Source: an uncultured Bacilli bacterium (lineage in GTDB: Bacteria > Bacillota_I > Bacilli_A > ML615J-28 > CAG-698). Taken from it: a stretch of 64,000 bases of DNA. Made by a program: the position numbers and the translations under genes. Each line of letters opens with the position of its first letter. Position 1 is the stretch's first letter. Positions 29,793-41,136 of this stretch are shown here, one piece after another. The stretch covers positions 9,871 through 73,870 of the forward strand of contig CANQVC010000003.1 of the NCBI GenBank assembly GCA_947627195.1, given 5' to 3'. Below the pieces are notes generated by a model. The model did no database searches and was not told where the DNA came from. It saw nothing but the letters and a program-made list of their open reading frames with translations.

Positions 29793-31545
29793 TCACCTCA
29801 TCTTCTAGTTTTTGTAAATAAACCATTCTTTCATATTCTTTACATGTCTTTAATAATTCATCATGGCTACCATATCCTATTATCTTTCCATCATCAATTA
29901 ATAATATTTTATCCATTTGTTTGATTGTGGAAATACGATGAGCAATTAAAATTGTTGTTTTATCTTTTCTTATATTTTTAAGATTTCTTAAAATACTTTC
30001 TTCTGTTTTAGTATCAACAGCTGATACAGAATCATCTAAAATTAATATTTTAGCATCTTTTATTAATGCTCTTGCAATACTTATTCTTTGCTTTTGACCA
30101 CCAGAGACTGTTACACCTCTTTCACCTAAAATAGTATCATAGCCATCTTTAAATTCAATAATATTATCATGAACATCACTATATTTTGCTGCTTCAATTA
30201 CTTGTTCTATATTTGTCTTTTCTTGACAAAAGGCAATGTTATTAGAAATTTTATCGCTAAATAAAAAGTTGTCTTGAGGTACATAAGCTATTATATTACG
30301 AAGTTCTTTAATTGGTAATTTCATAATATCAATATCATCAATAAATAATGAGGCTTTTTCATTAGTTGGTAAATTATAAATACGTAATAATAAATCAACT
30401 AATGTTGTTTTACCACTACCAGTTCGACCAATAATACCAACACTTTGTCCAGCTTCAATAGTAAATGTAACATCATGTAGTACTTCTCTTTCTGAATCAG
30501 GATAAGTAAATGATAAATGATTGAATGATATTTTACCTTGATATGAATGATTTTTAACAACATCATTTGCATCATTTATTTCCACAGGATAATTTAATAA
30601 TTGATCGACACGATTCAATGATGCTCTAGCTTGAGAATGTAAATTAATTAATTGTCCTAATGCCATCATTGGCCATGTTAAAGTAGTAAAATATGATAAA
30701 TATGCAGTTAAATCACCGATAGTAAATCCTGTTTTATTTTGATATACTATCCAACCACCATAGGCATATATAGCAACACCAACCATTCCTATTAATGTTC
30801 CATATAATAAAACATTAACTAATGTGGACATTTTTATATAATCGACATTTTTATCTTGGTTATCTTTATTAACTATCGCAAATGCTTTTAATTCATGTAC
30901 TTCTTTTACAAAAGCTTTTATAACACTTAATCCCGAAAAACTTTCTTGAGCAAAATCTGATAAGTCACCATATGCTTTTTGTCTAATTTGGAATTTCTTA
31001 CGCATAAATCTTCCCGCAATTAAACTAGCAATAGCTAACATAATTAAAGGAATAATACATATTATAGATAATCTAACATCCTTACGAATCATTTTTATAA
31101 AAGAAATAATTCCTAAAAATGTTGCATCAACAAACATCATAGTTCCACTTGCAAATGAAGCACGTATTGTTTGTAAATCATTAGTATATAATGCCATTAA
31201 ATTACCTGTTTTATTATGTTGATAAAATCTTTGACTTAATAATTCAGAATGAGCAAATAATTTAGCACGCATATCTGCTTCTATGCGCACCCCATTACCA
31301 AAAATACAAATACGCCAAGTAAATCTTCCAAGAAAGATTGCTAAAACAATTAATGCCATTTTTTTAGTATAATCAGCAAGTAGTTCAAGGCTAAATGTAT
31401 TATTATTTAAGTGGTCAACAATTTTTCCAATATAATCAGGAATTTGTAATTGTAATATATCAACAACAATTAAGGCAATAATTCCAATGACAAAAAAGTG
31501 TAAATATTTTAAATAATAGATATTAACATTTCTTCCTATTAGCAT
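29785..31545 (-). CDS. ABC exporter (TMD+NBD), degenerate-site subunit
   Basis: GRTGSGKT, VSGGQKQ, ILDDS. Confidence 0.9.
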   Translation of the reverse strand: MLIGRNVNIYYLKYLHFFVIGIIALIVVDILQLQIPDYIGKIVDHLNNNTFSLELLADYTKKMALIVLAIFLGRFTWRICIFGNGVRIEADMRAKLFAHSELLSQRFYQHNKTGNLMALYTNDLQTIRASFASGTMMFVDATFLGIISFIKMIRKDVRLSIICIIPLIMLAIASLIAGRFMRKKFQIRQKAYGDLSDFAQESFSGLSVIKAFVKEVHELKAFAIVNKDNQDKNVDYIKMSTLVNVLLYGTLIGMVGVAIYAYGGWIVYQNKTGFTIGDLTAYLSYFTTLTWPMMALGQLINLHSQARASLNRVDQLLNYPVEINDANDVVKNHSYQGKISFNHLSFTYPDSEREVLHDVTFTIEAGQSVGIIGRTGSGKTTLVDLLLRIYNLPTNEKASLFIDDIDIMKLPIKELRNIIAYVPQDNFLFSDKISNNIAFCQEKTNIEQVIEAAKYSDVHDNIIEFKDGYDTILGERGVTVSGGQKQRISIARALIKDAKILILDDSVSAVDTKTEESILRNLKNIRKDKTTILIAHRISTIKQMDKILLIDDGKIIGYGSHDELLKTCKEYERMVYLQKLEDEVNE

Positions 31546-31682
31546 ATGTAATTCCTTTCATTATAATACAATATTATATCACTTTTATAACTAAAAATAA
31601 AGATATTTATACTAGTACTTTTAATAACAAAAAAAGAGCTGATTATGAATAACCAACTCTTTATAATATTATTTATAATATT

Positions 31683-33008
31683 TTACATACCTGTAATACC
31701 AGTACGTTCAATAGATTCAACAAATTGTCTTTGAACAAAGAAATAAGCAATTATTAATGGTAGCATCATTAGTAATGCAGCTGTATTTAAGATTAATCCA
31801 TAGAACATTCTATCTTCAGTAATCTTTCCAAGTTCTTGTGACAAAGATCTAAATGATGTTTCAAATAATGAATTGAATGATTCAGCACTACTTGCTAATG
31901 CTGTAGTTAATACTGGTAAAACTTTTTTATCACGGAAGCCGAATAATGTTGCAAAATAGTAATCATTATATTGCCATACAAATGAGAACAAACCAACAGT
32001 AATGATAGCTCCACGAGCATTAGGAAGCATTACACTCCAGAATGTTCTAATTACACCAGCACCATCAATTTCCGCAGATTCTTCAAGTTCAATTGGAACA
32101 CCACGGAAGAATTGTCTAAACAAATATATGAAAATAGCTGAACGTAATCCCATACCAAATGCTGACATTATAAATATAGCAAACATATTATTCATTAATT
32201 GAATTCCGAAGAATGGTAGTTCAACATAAAGAATTTTTCTGGCAATATTTAAAGCTTCATTTGGAACTATTAAAGTAATAATTACTGTATAGAAGAAAAT
32301 ATTACTAAAATATTTAACTTTTAAACGAGCAAATGCATATCCTGCAACAGCTGTAGCCATAATTTGAATAAACATTGTTACCGTTGATAAGAAAACAGTA
32401 TTAAGAAATACGTTATTTGATTCAAGCGTTAAATATTTATAGGCGATTTGAATATTTAAAACGCTCCATTCGGCTGGTATCCAAACTACTTCAGGTCTAG
32501 TAATATCTGTAGGATAACGACAAGCATATGATATTTTTTCTAGAATTGGTAAGATAATGACAAAACATAAACCAATTAGAATAAATGTTCTAAAAATGGC
32601 ACCTAAGATTTGTAAAGTTTTACGACTTCTAACCATTCTTAATGTTGGATCATGCCAATCAGATTTTGCTTTCGCAATTCTGTATTTAATTTCTTGACCA
32701 ACTGTCATATTATCTAATGCTAATTCAACCGTTTCTTGTGTTTCTTCTTTTCTTGTTAAAGCACTATCTTCATCTTCATCTAAGATTTGTTGCAAAGCAC
32801 GTTCAGCACAAAGTTTAGTAATATATGCATCACGTTCAGCTTTCGCAAGTTCTTCTTTTTCTTGTGGTGTTAATTCATCAGATGTAGTAGCTTCATTTAC
32901 ATCATTTGCATCTTCAAGATTTTCTTCATTAGAAACTTCTTGTTCTTGAATATTTTCTTGTTCAGTTATAGCGATTTTTTCTTTTTCTTCTTTATTTTTA
33001 TTCGTCAT
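31683..33008 (-). CDS. Carbohydrate ABC permease (MalG-like) with acidic N-terminal extension
   Basis: ELEESAEIDGA EAA loop, WQYNDY. Confidence 0.88.
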   Translation of the reverse strand: MTNKNKEEKEKIAITEQENIQEQEVSNEENLEDANDVNEATTSDELTPQEKEELAKAERDAYITKLCAERALQQILDEDEDSALTRKEETQETVELALDNMTVGQEIKYRIAKAKSDWHDPTLRMVRSRKTLQILGAIFRTFILIGLCFVIILPILEKISYACRYPTDITRPEVVWIPAEWSVLNIQIAYKYLTLESNNVFLNTVFLSTVTMFIQIMATAVAGYAFARLKVKYFSNIFFYTVIITLIVPNEALNIARKILYVELPFFGIQLMNNMFAIFIMSAFGMGLRSAIFIYLFRQFFRGVPIELEESAEIDGAGVIRTFWSVMLPNARGAIITVGLFSFVWQYNDYYFATLFGFRDKKVLPVLTTALASSAESFNSLFETSFRSLSQELGKITEDRMFYGLILNTAALLMMLPLIIAYFFVQRQFVESIERTGITGM

Positions 33009-34158
33009 AATAGAACACCACCTTTGACAATACTCCTAATACAATAGCTAATAATATTCCAATAACAACTGTAAAAATTAAGGAAATTGATGCACCAATA
33101 CCATAATTTGATAATACATTTTTGCCATCAATTAATAATCCTAAATCTTCACTTGTAACTTCTTGAGTACCAGGTTTAGAGAATTTATCTAAAATTGTAA
33201 TCATTGGTGAACGCAAGAAGGAATCGACGACTGTATACACAGCTGCCGCGAGCAGCATTGGCGAAACCATCGGGAAAGTAATTTTCCAGAACATTTCATA
33301 TTGGGTTGCCCCTTCCATTTTTGCCGCTTCATACAAATGTCTCGGAACAGACTGAATAGCTGATAAGAATATTAATATTTGAATACCTGAATATGCAATA
33401 ATATCATAAATCTTTTGCGATGCATTTCCTAAAAAGTCGACGAGCCATTTCGGGAAATTAGCATTCGTTAAAAAGTCTTTAAAACTAAACATTTGTTCAA
33501 ACAAATCTTTAGTAGCGCCACTTGTCGACTCATCTAAAACTGTATATGCTTTGGTTGCAACGTCAATGGCTTGAGAGTTAAAGATTACAGGAACAAAGAA
33601 TACAGCACGAACAAAGGCACGTCCTTTAAATTTAGAATTCAAAACTACAGCCATGATTAAACTAAAGATCAATATAATTGGAATATCAGTTAATATTGAA
33701 ATAATTGATTGTGTTAAGAATTCTAAGAATGTTAATTCTGATTCACCTCTAGGAGTAGCTGTTGCTTCGGTGAATACATAAATATAATTCTTAATACCAA
33801 CAAAACTAACTTTAAGTCCAACACTTCCTCCTGATTCAATAAAACCTAAACTAAACCAAATAGTATAGATAAATGGAATTAAGAAGAAATAAACAAATCC
33901 AATTAACAATGGAAGAACAAAAATAATTCCCCAAATAGTTTTACGTGTATGGTTTGTAAGTTCGCCAAACTTTCTTGGAATGAAAGTTACAACTGGTCCT
34001 ACTTTCTTACCAAATTTGGATTCGGCAATTTTATGAAACAAATTTTTAATAGCATCCATGCATATATGATAAACATGTGCTATCTTACTGCCAATAAACG
34101 AAAAGAAACTTTTTATTTTATTTTTAATATTGGCAAAGAAACTTTTAATTTTTTTCAT
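32998..34158 (-). CDS. Carbohydrate ABC permease (MalF-like)
   Basis: LYEAAKMEGA EAA loop, RAVFFVP. Confidence 0.88.
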   Translation of the reverse strand: MKKIKSFFANIKNKIKSFFSFIGSKIAHVYHICMDAIKNLFHKIAESKFGKKVGPVVTFIPRKFGELTNHTRKTIWGIIFVLPLLIGFVYFFLIPFIYTIWFSLGFIESGGSVGLKVSFVGIKNYIYVFTEATATPRGESELTFLEFLTQSIISILTDIPIILIFSLIMAVVLNSKFKGRAFVRAVFFVPVIFNSQAIDVATKAYTVLDESTSGATKDLFEQMFSFKDFLTNANFPKWLVDFLGNASQKIYDIIAYSGIQILIFLSAIQSVPRHLYEAAKMEGATQYEMFWKITFPMVSPMLLAAAVYTVVDSFLRSPMITILDKFSKPGTQEVTSEDLGLLIDGKNVLSNYGIGASISLIFTVVIGILLAIVLGVLSKVVFYYDE

Positions 34159-37100
34159 TAGTCCTCCTCCCCTTTTACTTTATAACTTTCTTTAGGATAA
34201 GTTTTTCCTTCATATGTTGTGTCCATATTTGTTGAATTGATATAAATACCAATACGTGAACCATCTTTTTTCTCGTATTCAACAAATACTAAATTTGGGT
34301 TAAGAATTTCATGATTAACTAATCTAGCATTATAAATACCTAATTGTTCTAATTCATTGATTTGATTAATCATAGTTTCCTTAATGTTTTGATAATATGC
34401 TTGGAAATAATATGTATAATCAGTTTTTAATAATGTACTTGGATCTTCATATGAAACTAAATAATTTATGTTACTACCTGTTTCAATTGCTTTTAATAAG
34501 AACCATTTTTCATTATGTCCAGCAGTATTAGAATTAATAGCAATTGTTGAATAATCAAATAAACCATTGACAACTAATTGATAGAATGGAATCATTTGAT
34601 CAAACATACCATACATAGAAGATGTAACAGGAACATCAACTGCTGTTGTTACATATTTAAATGCATAATCATATGGAGCAGATAATTTTAATTGGTTTTG
34701 TTCAGCTAAAATATCTAATGCTTTCATTTGATATTCTAGTGATTGTTGACCATAAACTTCTTTATTTTTTGCATAATTAGGAATAAATGAATTTCCTAAA
34801 TCAGAAACAAATAATCCACCATAAGCTTTGTTTGAGTCATTCCAAACTTTTAATTTGTTAATTGATTTATTTAATTTAGTTGCAATGCTTTCATAATATT
34901 GTGGAGCAATGATATATGTACGAGGAGCTTTTTTATCTTGTCTTAAAGTACCTGGATCAAATGTATATCTTATTGCTGTATCATTACTTACACTTCTTGT
35001 TGAATATTTTTGATTACCAAAATTAAGATCATATCCTTTTGTTGTGGTAACAAACATTTCAGGATAGAATGTAATAGTATTGTCAACACAATATTGGAAG
35101 AACTTCTTCATAGAAGTTGCTTTTCCTAAAACACTTGAAACTTTCACAGCTCCACCAAGTTCATATTCAAAGTTTTCTTTTGTCCAACCAGTATATGAAA
35201 TATTAAAATTATTAACATTATTAGCTTTTAATTCTTCAATAATTTCTTGAGCTTGATTAAATGTTGTTAATGAATCAGATGTCTTATATTTAATACCAAT
35301 TGCTAAGGCATATTTATCATATGAGCCTAGGAAATTAAGATTTAATACAGGACTTGTAGTTGTATCTTTTAATTCTAATCCATCACGTTCAATTAAATAA
35401 TTACGATAAATATTAGCTAGATCAACATAATCTAATTCAGTTTCATCAAGGAAAATGTAACGATAAATAAGATCATTATCAGCTATATTCTTACTCCATT
35501 TTTCATAAGTTCTTGATTCATAAACAGTACCAACTTGAACTGATTCTTTAATACGAAGATTTGCTGAAAAATATGCATAATTTGTACCAACGGCAGCAGC
35601 TGCAAGTACTGTTTGAGCTCCACCTTTTTCAACAATTCCCATATATCCTTTAGGAACATCAGATGCACCGTTAGTGCTATTTCTATTAACAACAAAACCA
35701 AACATACCTAATAACATATTTCCTTGTTCAATTGTATATGTTTTAGAAATATATGCACTATCTTCACCATAATAATTATTAACATAACCACGATAGCCCA
35801 TTTCTTCATTCTTTTTATTATTGAAATCAATGATAGCACCAGATCCATCAGGAACAAGAATATATCCATCAGTATCAACACTTTGACTAGCAAGTGGAAC
35901 ATTTGTCATATTTTGTAAAATACTAATTTGTGATAATGAATGATCTCCTTTAATTAAATCATAATTAAAATCATCTTCTGTTGCGTTTTGACCATCACGT
36001 AAAGAATCACCTAAGATTGTTGTAACTAAGCCCTTATCGGTAATTTTAAATTCAACACATACATTAAAGATAGGTAAAGATGTTTCAGTTGCAACACCAA
36101 ACATTTCGTTATCTAATGCAACTTGTTCCAATGAGTAAATAGTATTTTTAATATAACCATCTTCATAAATTACAGTTCCGTCACTATTTCTAGCAATAAT
36201 TCCACCACCAACAAATGGTGTCATTTCATCTTTATATAGTGGAAAGCCTCTTGTTTGATTTTGTAATAATTCTCCATAATTATATAATATTGCATATCCA
36301 CCTCTGATGTTTTCTAAAGCACCACTTTTTAATTCATAAAATGGATATGGAAATTCTTTAGAAGGATATTGCGAATCAAATATACCCTTTAAAAAGTTCC
36401 ATTGTTGTTCAGGTAAAAATGGATTATTTGTTAATGGAGAATCAGGATTATTAAAATATTTTTTGTATAATTCACCATCAACATCTAATAATTCTAAAGG
36501 TAGACCGACGAATTTAAAATATTTAGTATTACCATAATTACCATATGATGTATCTTCACCAAGAGTGCTGTCAACGATTGGATTACCTTCAAAAGTATAG
36601 AATCCTTCTTCTTCACTTCCCAAAATTAATCCCATATCAGCTAAATCAGGTAGAACTGTATGTAACATATATTCATACCCTTCTTTAGTATAGACATTCA
36701 TCTTTCCATCATATTTAACTATTCTAATTTCTTGACCATCAACATTAACAGCTTTAGCTTGGGTTGATCTTAATAAAGTATTACCTCTAAATCTTTCTTC
36801 AAAAGTATTACCTAAATTACCAACATAATTCATATATTCTTCCCAAGCATCATGGGCATTTTTAAATGCTTCTTCATCTAATTCCAATGTTTGAGCATTA
36901 ATATATGCTTCTTCAAATGGTTCATACCAAGTATTATACATTCTAGTTGGGAAATAACCAGCACCAGCACTAAAATTACCAATAGTATATAGAACTTGTA
37001 CAGCATCATATCCATTTTGTTCTTTTGTTAAATAACGTAAACGATAATGTTTTTCACTACCTTCAGTTAGTGAATTAAGGTAAGAAACACTATTTGTATA

Positions 37101-37586
37101 ACTATCAAGAACAATTGAACTTGCTGTACCAGTCTCAGTTTGGAAATAACTAAGGCTTACATTAGCAGCAGTTCTATCACTTTTAGTAGGATCAGCTGTT
37201 GTATATTTTAATTTATAACTATTAGGATTATCAGCTGGTTGACCAGCAATCAATGTAGTAGTATCAACAACAGTAACAATAGTTGAATCTTCATCAAAGA
37301 ACATTTTATATTTACCAGCTGTACCAATAACCACATTATTATTTAATTCTAATAAATCACCAGTATAACTTGGACTTAAATACCATTCAGTTTTATCTTT
37401 CTGACGATAAGCTTCCATATCTTTAAATTCTTCAGGTAAGAATTCAATATTATCTGACTTTTCATATTTATAATTTAATTGATCAACATAATACATACAA
37501 AGTACAGTAACAATTAAAACAACAAGTATGAAGGCAACAATGTTTCTTAATCTAAATATTCTACGTAATATTTTTCTTGTTTTCAT
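34158..37586 (-). CDS. Large membrane-anchored DUF5696-like protein
   Basis: N-terminal TM; 'GYILVPDGSGAII', 'YVDLANIYRNYL', 'IPFYQLV.NG' pattern; position after YIP1 gene. Confidence 0.7.
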   Translation of the reverse strand: MKTRKILRRIFRLRNIVAFILVVLIVTVLCMYYVDQLNYKYEKSDNIEFLPEEFKDMEAYRQKDKTEWYLSPSYTGDLLELNNNVVIGTAGKYKMFFDEDSTIVTVVDTTTLIAGQPADNPNSYKLKYTTADPTKSDRTAANVSLSYFQTETGTASSIVLDSYTNSVSYLNSLTEGSEKHYRLRYLTKEQNGYDAVQVLYTIGNFSAGAGYFPTRMYNTWYEPFEEAYINAQTLELDEEAFKNAHDAWEEYMNYVGNLGNTFEERFRGNTLLRSTQAKAVNVDGQEIRIVKYDGKMNVYTKEGYEYMLHTVLPDLADMGLILGSEEEGFYTFEGNPIVDSTLGEDTSYGNYGNTKYFKFVGLPLELLDVDGELYKKYFNNPDSPLTNNPFLPEQQWNFLKGIFDSQYPSKEFPYPFYELKSGALENIRGGYAILYNYGELLQNQTRGFPLYKDEMTPFVGGGIIARNSDGTVIYEDGYIKNTIYSLEQVALDNEMFGVATETSLPIFNVCVEFKITDKGLVTTILGDSLRDGQNATEDDFNYDLIKGDHSLSQISILQNMTNVPLASQSVDTDGYILVPDGSGAIIDFNNKKNEEMGYRGYVNNYYGEDSAYISKTYTIEQGNMLLGMFGFVVNRNSTNGASDVPKGYMGIVEKGGAQTVLAAAAVGTNYAYFSANLRIKESVQVGTVYESRTYEKWSKNIADNDLIYRYIFLDETELDYVDLANIYRNYLIERDGLELKDTTTSPVLNLNFLGSYDKYALAIGIKYKTSDSLTTFNQAQEIIEELKANNVNNFNISYTGWTKENFEYELGGAVKVSSVLGKATSMKKFFQYCVDNTITFYPEMFVTTTKGYDLNFGNQKYSTRSVSNDTAIRYTFDPGTLRQDKKAPRTYIIAPQYYESIATKLNKSINKLKVWNDSNKAYGGLFVSDLGNSFIPNYAKNKEVYGQQSLEYQMKALDILAEQNQLKLSAPYDYAFKYVTTAVDVPVTSSMYGMFDQMIPFYQLVVNGLFDYSTIAINSNTAGHNEKWFLLKAIETGSNINYLVSYEDPSTLLKTDYTYYFQAYYQNIKETMINQINELEQLGIYNARLVNHEILNPNLVFVEYEKKDGSRIGIYINSTNMDTTYEGKTYPKESYKVKGEED

Positions 37587-37599
37587 TATCTCAACCTCC

Positions 37600-38280
37600 C
37601 TACAATAAGTCCCTTAACGTTATTTCACGGTAAATTGTATAAACAAATCCATACATTCTTTGGAATAAATCAAAGAACAATAAACATGCAAAGATTACAA
37701 TCATAACAGCAATAACAGTAGCTAAAATTGTTAATACACATTGTAATAATCCATATTCATGAATACTAATAATGCCAAAGAAGAACATATAGAATGTTAA
37801 GAACGCACCTAAAGCAATAACTAATGTATAAAGAGCCATTTCATCTTCCGCAAGCACATTACTTAAAATCATTCCAATTGATGTTGCCCAAATTAATGGA
37901 TAAGTACAATAACATACCATCATAAAGATTTCTTTCATATTACCTTTTCCATCAAATAAGGTTGTAACAGACCAGTTAGCAACAGTAACAACAGCAATTA
38001 TTCCTACAACATAAGCTAATTGAGTAAATGTATTTAAATCTTGAACATCATTATCATTTACTAAAAATCCATTGTATTGGAAGCTTAAAATATTAACAAT
38101 AATCATGATAACTGCAAAAGCAATTGCTACAGATAGTTTTGCTCTTTTATAACGTTTAAATTCATCAAAACCTTTTAATGGGTGAATCAAAATGTATGCA
38201 GGAAATTTAATCATTTCTGTATAAACAAATTTGAAAAATTGTTTAATTTTTTGACCAACTAATTTCATTTTTTCATTCAT
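37600..38280 (-). CDS. YIP1-family membrane protein
   Basis: HPLKGF, NWSVTTLFDGKG, IHEY; about 5 TM. Confidence 0.75.
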   Translation of the reverse strand: MNEKMKLVGQKIKQFFKFVYTEMIKFPAYILIHPLKGFDEFKRYKRAKLSVAIAFAVIMIIVNILSFQYNGFLVNDNDVQDLNTFTQLAYVVGIIAVVTVANWSVTTLFDGKGNMKEIFMMVCYCTYPLIWATSIGMILSNVLAEDEMALYTLVIALGAFLTFYMFFFGIISIHEYGLLQCVLTILATVIAVMIVIFACLLFFDLFQRMYGFVYTIYREITLRDLL

Positions 38281-40145
38281 TATTCATCACCTATTCCTGT
38301 CTCTTCTTCTTTCACAATGCCAAGTTTTTTTCTACGAATGTGGATTAAAACTTCAACACCAACAATAACTACTACTATTGTTATTACTACGGCAGAAAAG
38401 TATTTTTTAATAAGAGCATCACGATATTGTTTAAATGCTTTTCCATAATAAACACGATCAGCACCTAATTTGAAATATTTCATTGCTTCTTTATAATCAC
38501 CAAGTTCATTATATTTTTTACCAATACCAACATATGCATATTCATAATTAGCATTTAAGGCAATAACTTGTTCCCAATAATCAGCTGCTGCTAATTCTTC
38601 AGTTTCTATACCAGTATCTTCATTTCCAATAATCCAATGACCATTTGCTTCTGTCACATCTTTATTTGGATCAGTAATTTTAGTATTGTAACTACCTATC
38701 CACCATGTCTTAGTGTTTTTGTTATAGGTAGGAATTTCACGAATGCTTCTACCGTTATATTCTTCTTTAACTGCTTTATTAATTATTTTCGCAATTTCAG
38801 TTGGTTCAAACTTAATAATTGTTTTGTAATATTTATCTAATACAAGAATTGTTTCACCTAAATATTGAACAGCAACAGGGTTTTGAATATTATCTGTATA
38901 TACATCACCTTTTTCACCAGAGATGTATAATAAGTTACCTTCATTGTCGTATGTAAATAAACGTCCACGTTTAGAATCTACAACTGTATATACACCATAA
39001 TCATTAACAGTAATACCATCAAATGTTGATGGATTAGTTGTACCTTGACCATCATTTGTTTTGATATATTTTGCATCACCTTTTGGAGCTGAATAACCAT
39101 TACGACGTAATACATCTTTTCCAGATGGATTAATCTTTTTAATCATAATGTTATCATTTGTAATTCCTCCTGATTTAGGATCAGTAATGGCATATGATGT
39201 TGCATAAATCATGAAATTTGTATATACCATATCAGTAAATGATGTATTATGATAAGTTGTCATTTTTTCTCTTTGTGCTTGAGAAGCAAAGTTTCTCCAG
39301 AAAATATCCCATGCACTTAATGTTACATAGTTAACACCTACATAAGCATTAAATTGACCATCTTTACCAAACTGCATAATTCCTTCACCAACATTATCAC
39401 AAATAACATAAATTCTTCCAGCTGTATCTGATAATACTTCAGAAGGTGAAAACTTTTTATTTTCTAGTTGTTCTTCAGGTGCTGAGATAACTTGATATAC
39501 ATGAAATGTACCTTTTTCTTCATCAAATGAATTAGGATCAATAACTACAATTTGTTCATTTCCATTATCACAAATATAAATTAAATCAGAAAGTTCTCCT
39601 TTTTCTTTATCAGCATTAGGATTAATACCACGATGAATGCTTAATGGAGAATTCAAATAAAGTTCTCCTTTTTTTATTGTGTCTTCATCTTTTTGTGTTT
39701 CACCTGGAGCTTGTTCTTCAGGAGTCGTTTCGCCTGGAGTTGGTTCTTCTGGTTCTTCTTCTTTTTCTGCTTGGACACCATTGACATCATCATCATTTGT
39801 ATAACGTAATGTATCCGCATCATAAATGAATTTATTTGTTTTTAAAATCAAATTCAAGTTTTCATCAAAAACAAACATATAATTTGATTTACTATCTAAT
39901 GCATAAATCAATGTTTCATCTTCACCATTAAATACAAATAAGTCTGATGGTGAACTAAAATCACTAGCTTCAATACCTAACTTTTTATAATTATAAGGCA
40001 TCTCATTAACTGTAAATCCTTCAGCTGAATAAATTACTTCACTTTTATGATTATAAGTGTAACCTGTAGCAGCTGAAACATGAGGTGTTGTAAAACAAAC
40101 AAGAGCTAATAAAACAATGATATAAAATCTAATTTTTTTCTTCAT
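38280..40145 (-). CDS. NHL-repeat beta-propeller/TPR protein with C-terminal membrane anchor
   Basis: Signal peptide, repeated P.D/S..V...IY..D units, TPR-like 'AYVGIGK...AMKYF', C-terminal TM. Confidence 0.7.
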   Translation of the reverse strand: MKKKIRFYIIVLLALVCFTTPHVSAATGYTYNHKSEVIYSAEGFTVNEMPYNYKKLGIEASDFSSPSDLFVFNGEDETLIYALDSKSNYMFVFDENLNLILKTNKFIYDADTLRYTNDDDVNGVQAEKEEEPEEPTPGETTPEEQAPGETQKDEDTIKKGELYLNSPLSIHRGINPNADKEKGELSDLIYICDNGNEQIVVIDPNSFDEEKGTFHVYQVISAPEEQLENKKFSPSEVLSDTAGRIYVICDNVGEGIMQFGKDGQFNAYVGVNYVTLSAWDIFWRNFASQAQREKMTTYHNTSFTDMVYTNFMIYATSYAITDPKSGGITNDNIMIKKINPSGKDVLRRNGYSAPKGDAKYIKTNDGQGTTNPSTFDGITVNDYGVYTVVDSKRGRLFTYDNEGNLLYISGEKGDVYTDNIQNPVAVQYLGETILVLDKYYKTIIKFEPTEIAKIINKAVKEEYNGRSIREIPTYNKNTKTWWIGSYNTKITDPNKDVTEANGHWIIGNEDTGIETEELAAADYWEQVIALNANYEYAYVGIGKKYNELGDYKEAMKYFKLGADRVYYGKAFKQYRDALIKKYFSAVVITIVVVIVGVEVLIHIRRKKLGIVKEEETGIGDE

Positions 40146-40155
40146 TTGTTTCCTC

Positions 40156-41136
40156 CTATTTCATTCCTGAATGTGCCATTGTTTCCATAACTTGTGATTG
40201 AGAAATAACAAACACAACAATTGGAATAATAATCATAATTAAACTTACAGCAGCAAGTGTTCCTTGTCTTGCAGCACCAGCTGTCGCAATTTGACTTAAA
40301 GCATAACTTACCATCTTGAAATCTTCACGATAGATTGTTGTGGAACCTGAGTTTGCCCACAAACTTTGGAATAGTAAGATTATTAATGTAACCCACGCAG
40401 GTTTAACAAGTGGCATTACAATTGTCCAATAAATTCTAAATTCACTAGCGCCATCTATTTTAGCTGCTTCTATTAAACTTGTTGGTATTTGTTCCATGAA
40501 TTGTTTCATTAAGAATAATCCCATTGAATAAGCAAAGGCAGGTAAAATAATTGACCAATATGAATCAATCAAATGTAACCAATTTAATACCATATAGTTT
40601 GGAATAGCTGTTACTGATGATGGGAACATCAATGAATAAACAACAAGACCAAATATTAATGCACCACCTGGTACTTTATATTTTGCAAGTGGATAAGCAC
40701 ACATTGAAGCAATTATTACATGTCCAAATGTTCCAAGAATTGTTACAAAAATAGTATTGAAGAAGTAACGACTAAATGGAACAAGTGATGAGCCTAAGGC
40801 GTTTGCTAAATCAGAAAAGTTATCAAGAGTTGGGTTCTTTACAAAAAATCTTGGAGGGTATAGGAAAATTTCATCTAGAGGTTTAAAAGCATTTGATACT
40901 GTTAAAACTAAAGGTAAAATACTTAATATACCAAATAATGCTAAAAAGACAAATAAGGCAATATCTCCACGAAGAGAACGGTTAACTCTTTTTCTTTTCT
41001 TTGAACGCATTTGAACTTTTAAATCACTGATTTCGGCGAAAGGACGGGAATCAATTTTTTTCGACTTACGTTCATTACGGTCAAGCTTTTGCTTTTTTTC
41101 TTTTTTCTCTTTCTTCTCTTTAGCCACCCTAATCAC
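40156..41136 (-). CDS. Carbohydrate ABC permease (MalG-like)
   Basis: IEAAKIDGA EAA loop. Confidence 0.9.
   Translation of the reverse strand: MIRVAKEKKEKKEKKQKLDRNERKSKKIDSRPFAEISDLKVQMRSKKRKRVNRSLRGDIALFVFLALFGILSILPLVLTVSNAFKPLDEIFLYPPRFFVKNPTLDNFSDLANALGSSLVPFSRYFFNTIFVTILGTFGHVIIASMCAYPLAKYKVPGGALIFGLVVYSLMFPSSVTAIPNYMVLNWLHLIDSYWSIILPAFAYSMGLFLMKQFMEQIPTSLIEAAKIDGASEFRIYWTIVMPLVKPAWVTLIILLFQSLWANSGSTTIYREDFKMVSYALSQIATAGAARQGTLAAVSLIMIIIPIVVFVISQSQVMETMAHSGMK

Noticed and set aside
27999-31545. ABC exporter pair as part of the wall-foraging system
   Set aside because: Separated by a terminator and own promoter-like -10; common multidrug-type family with no specific link.
39690-39770. 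Duplicated PGET units in the NHL protein
   Set aside because: Short low-complexity loop, no evidence of separate function.
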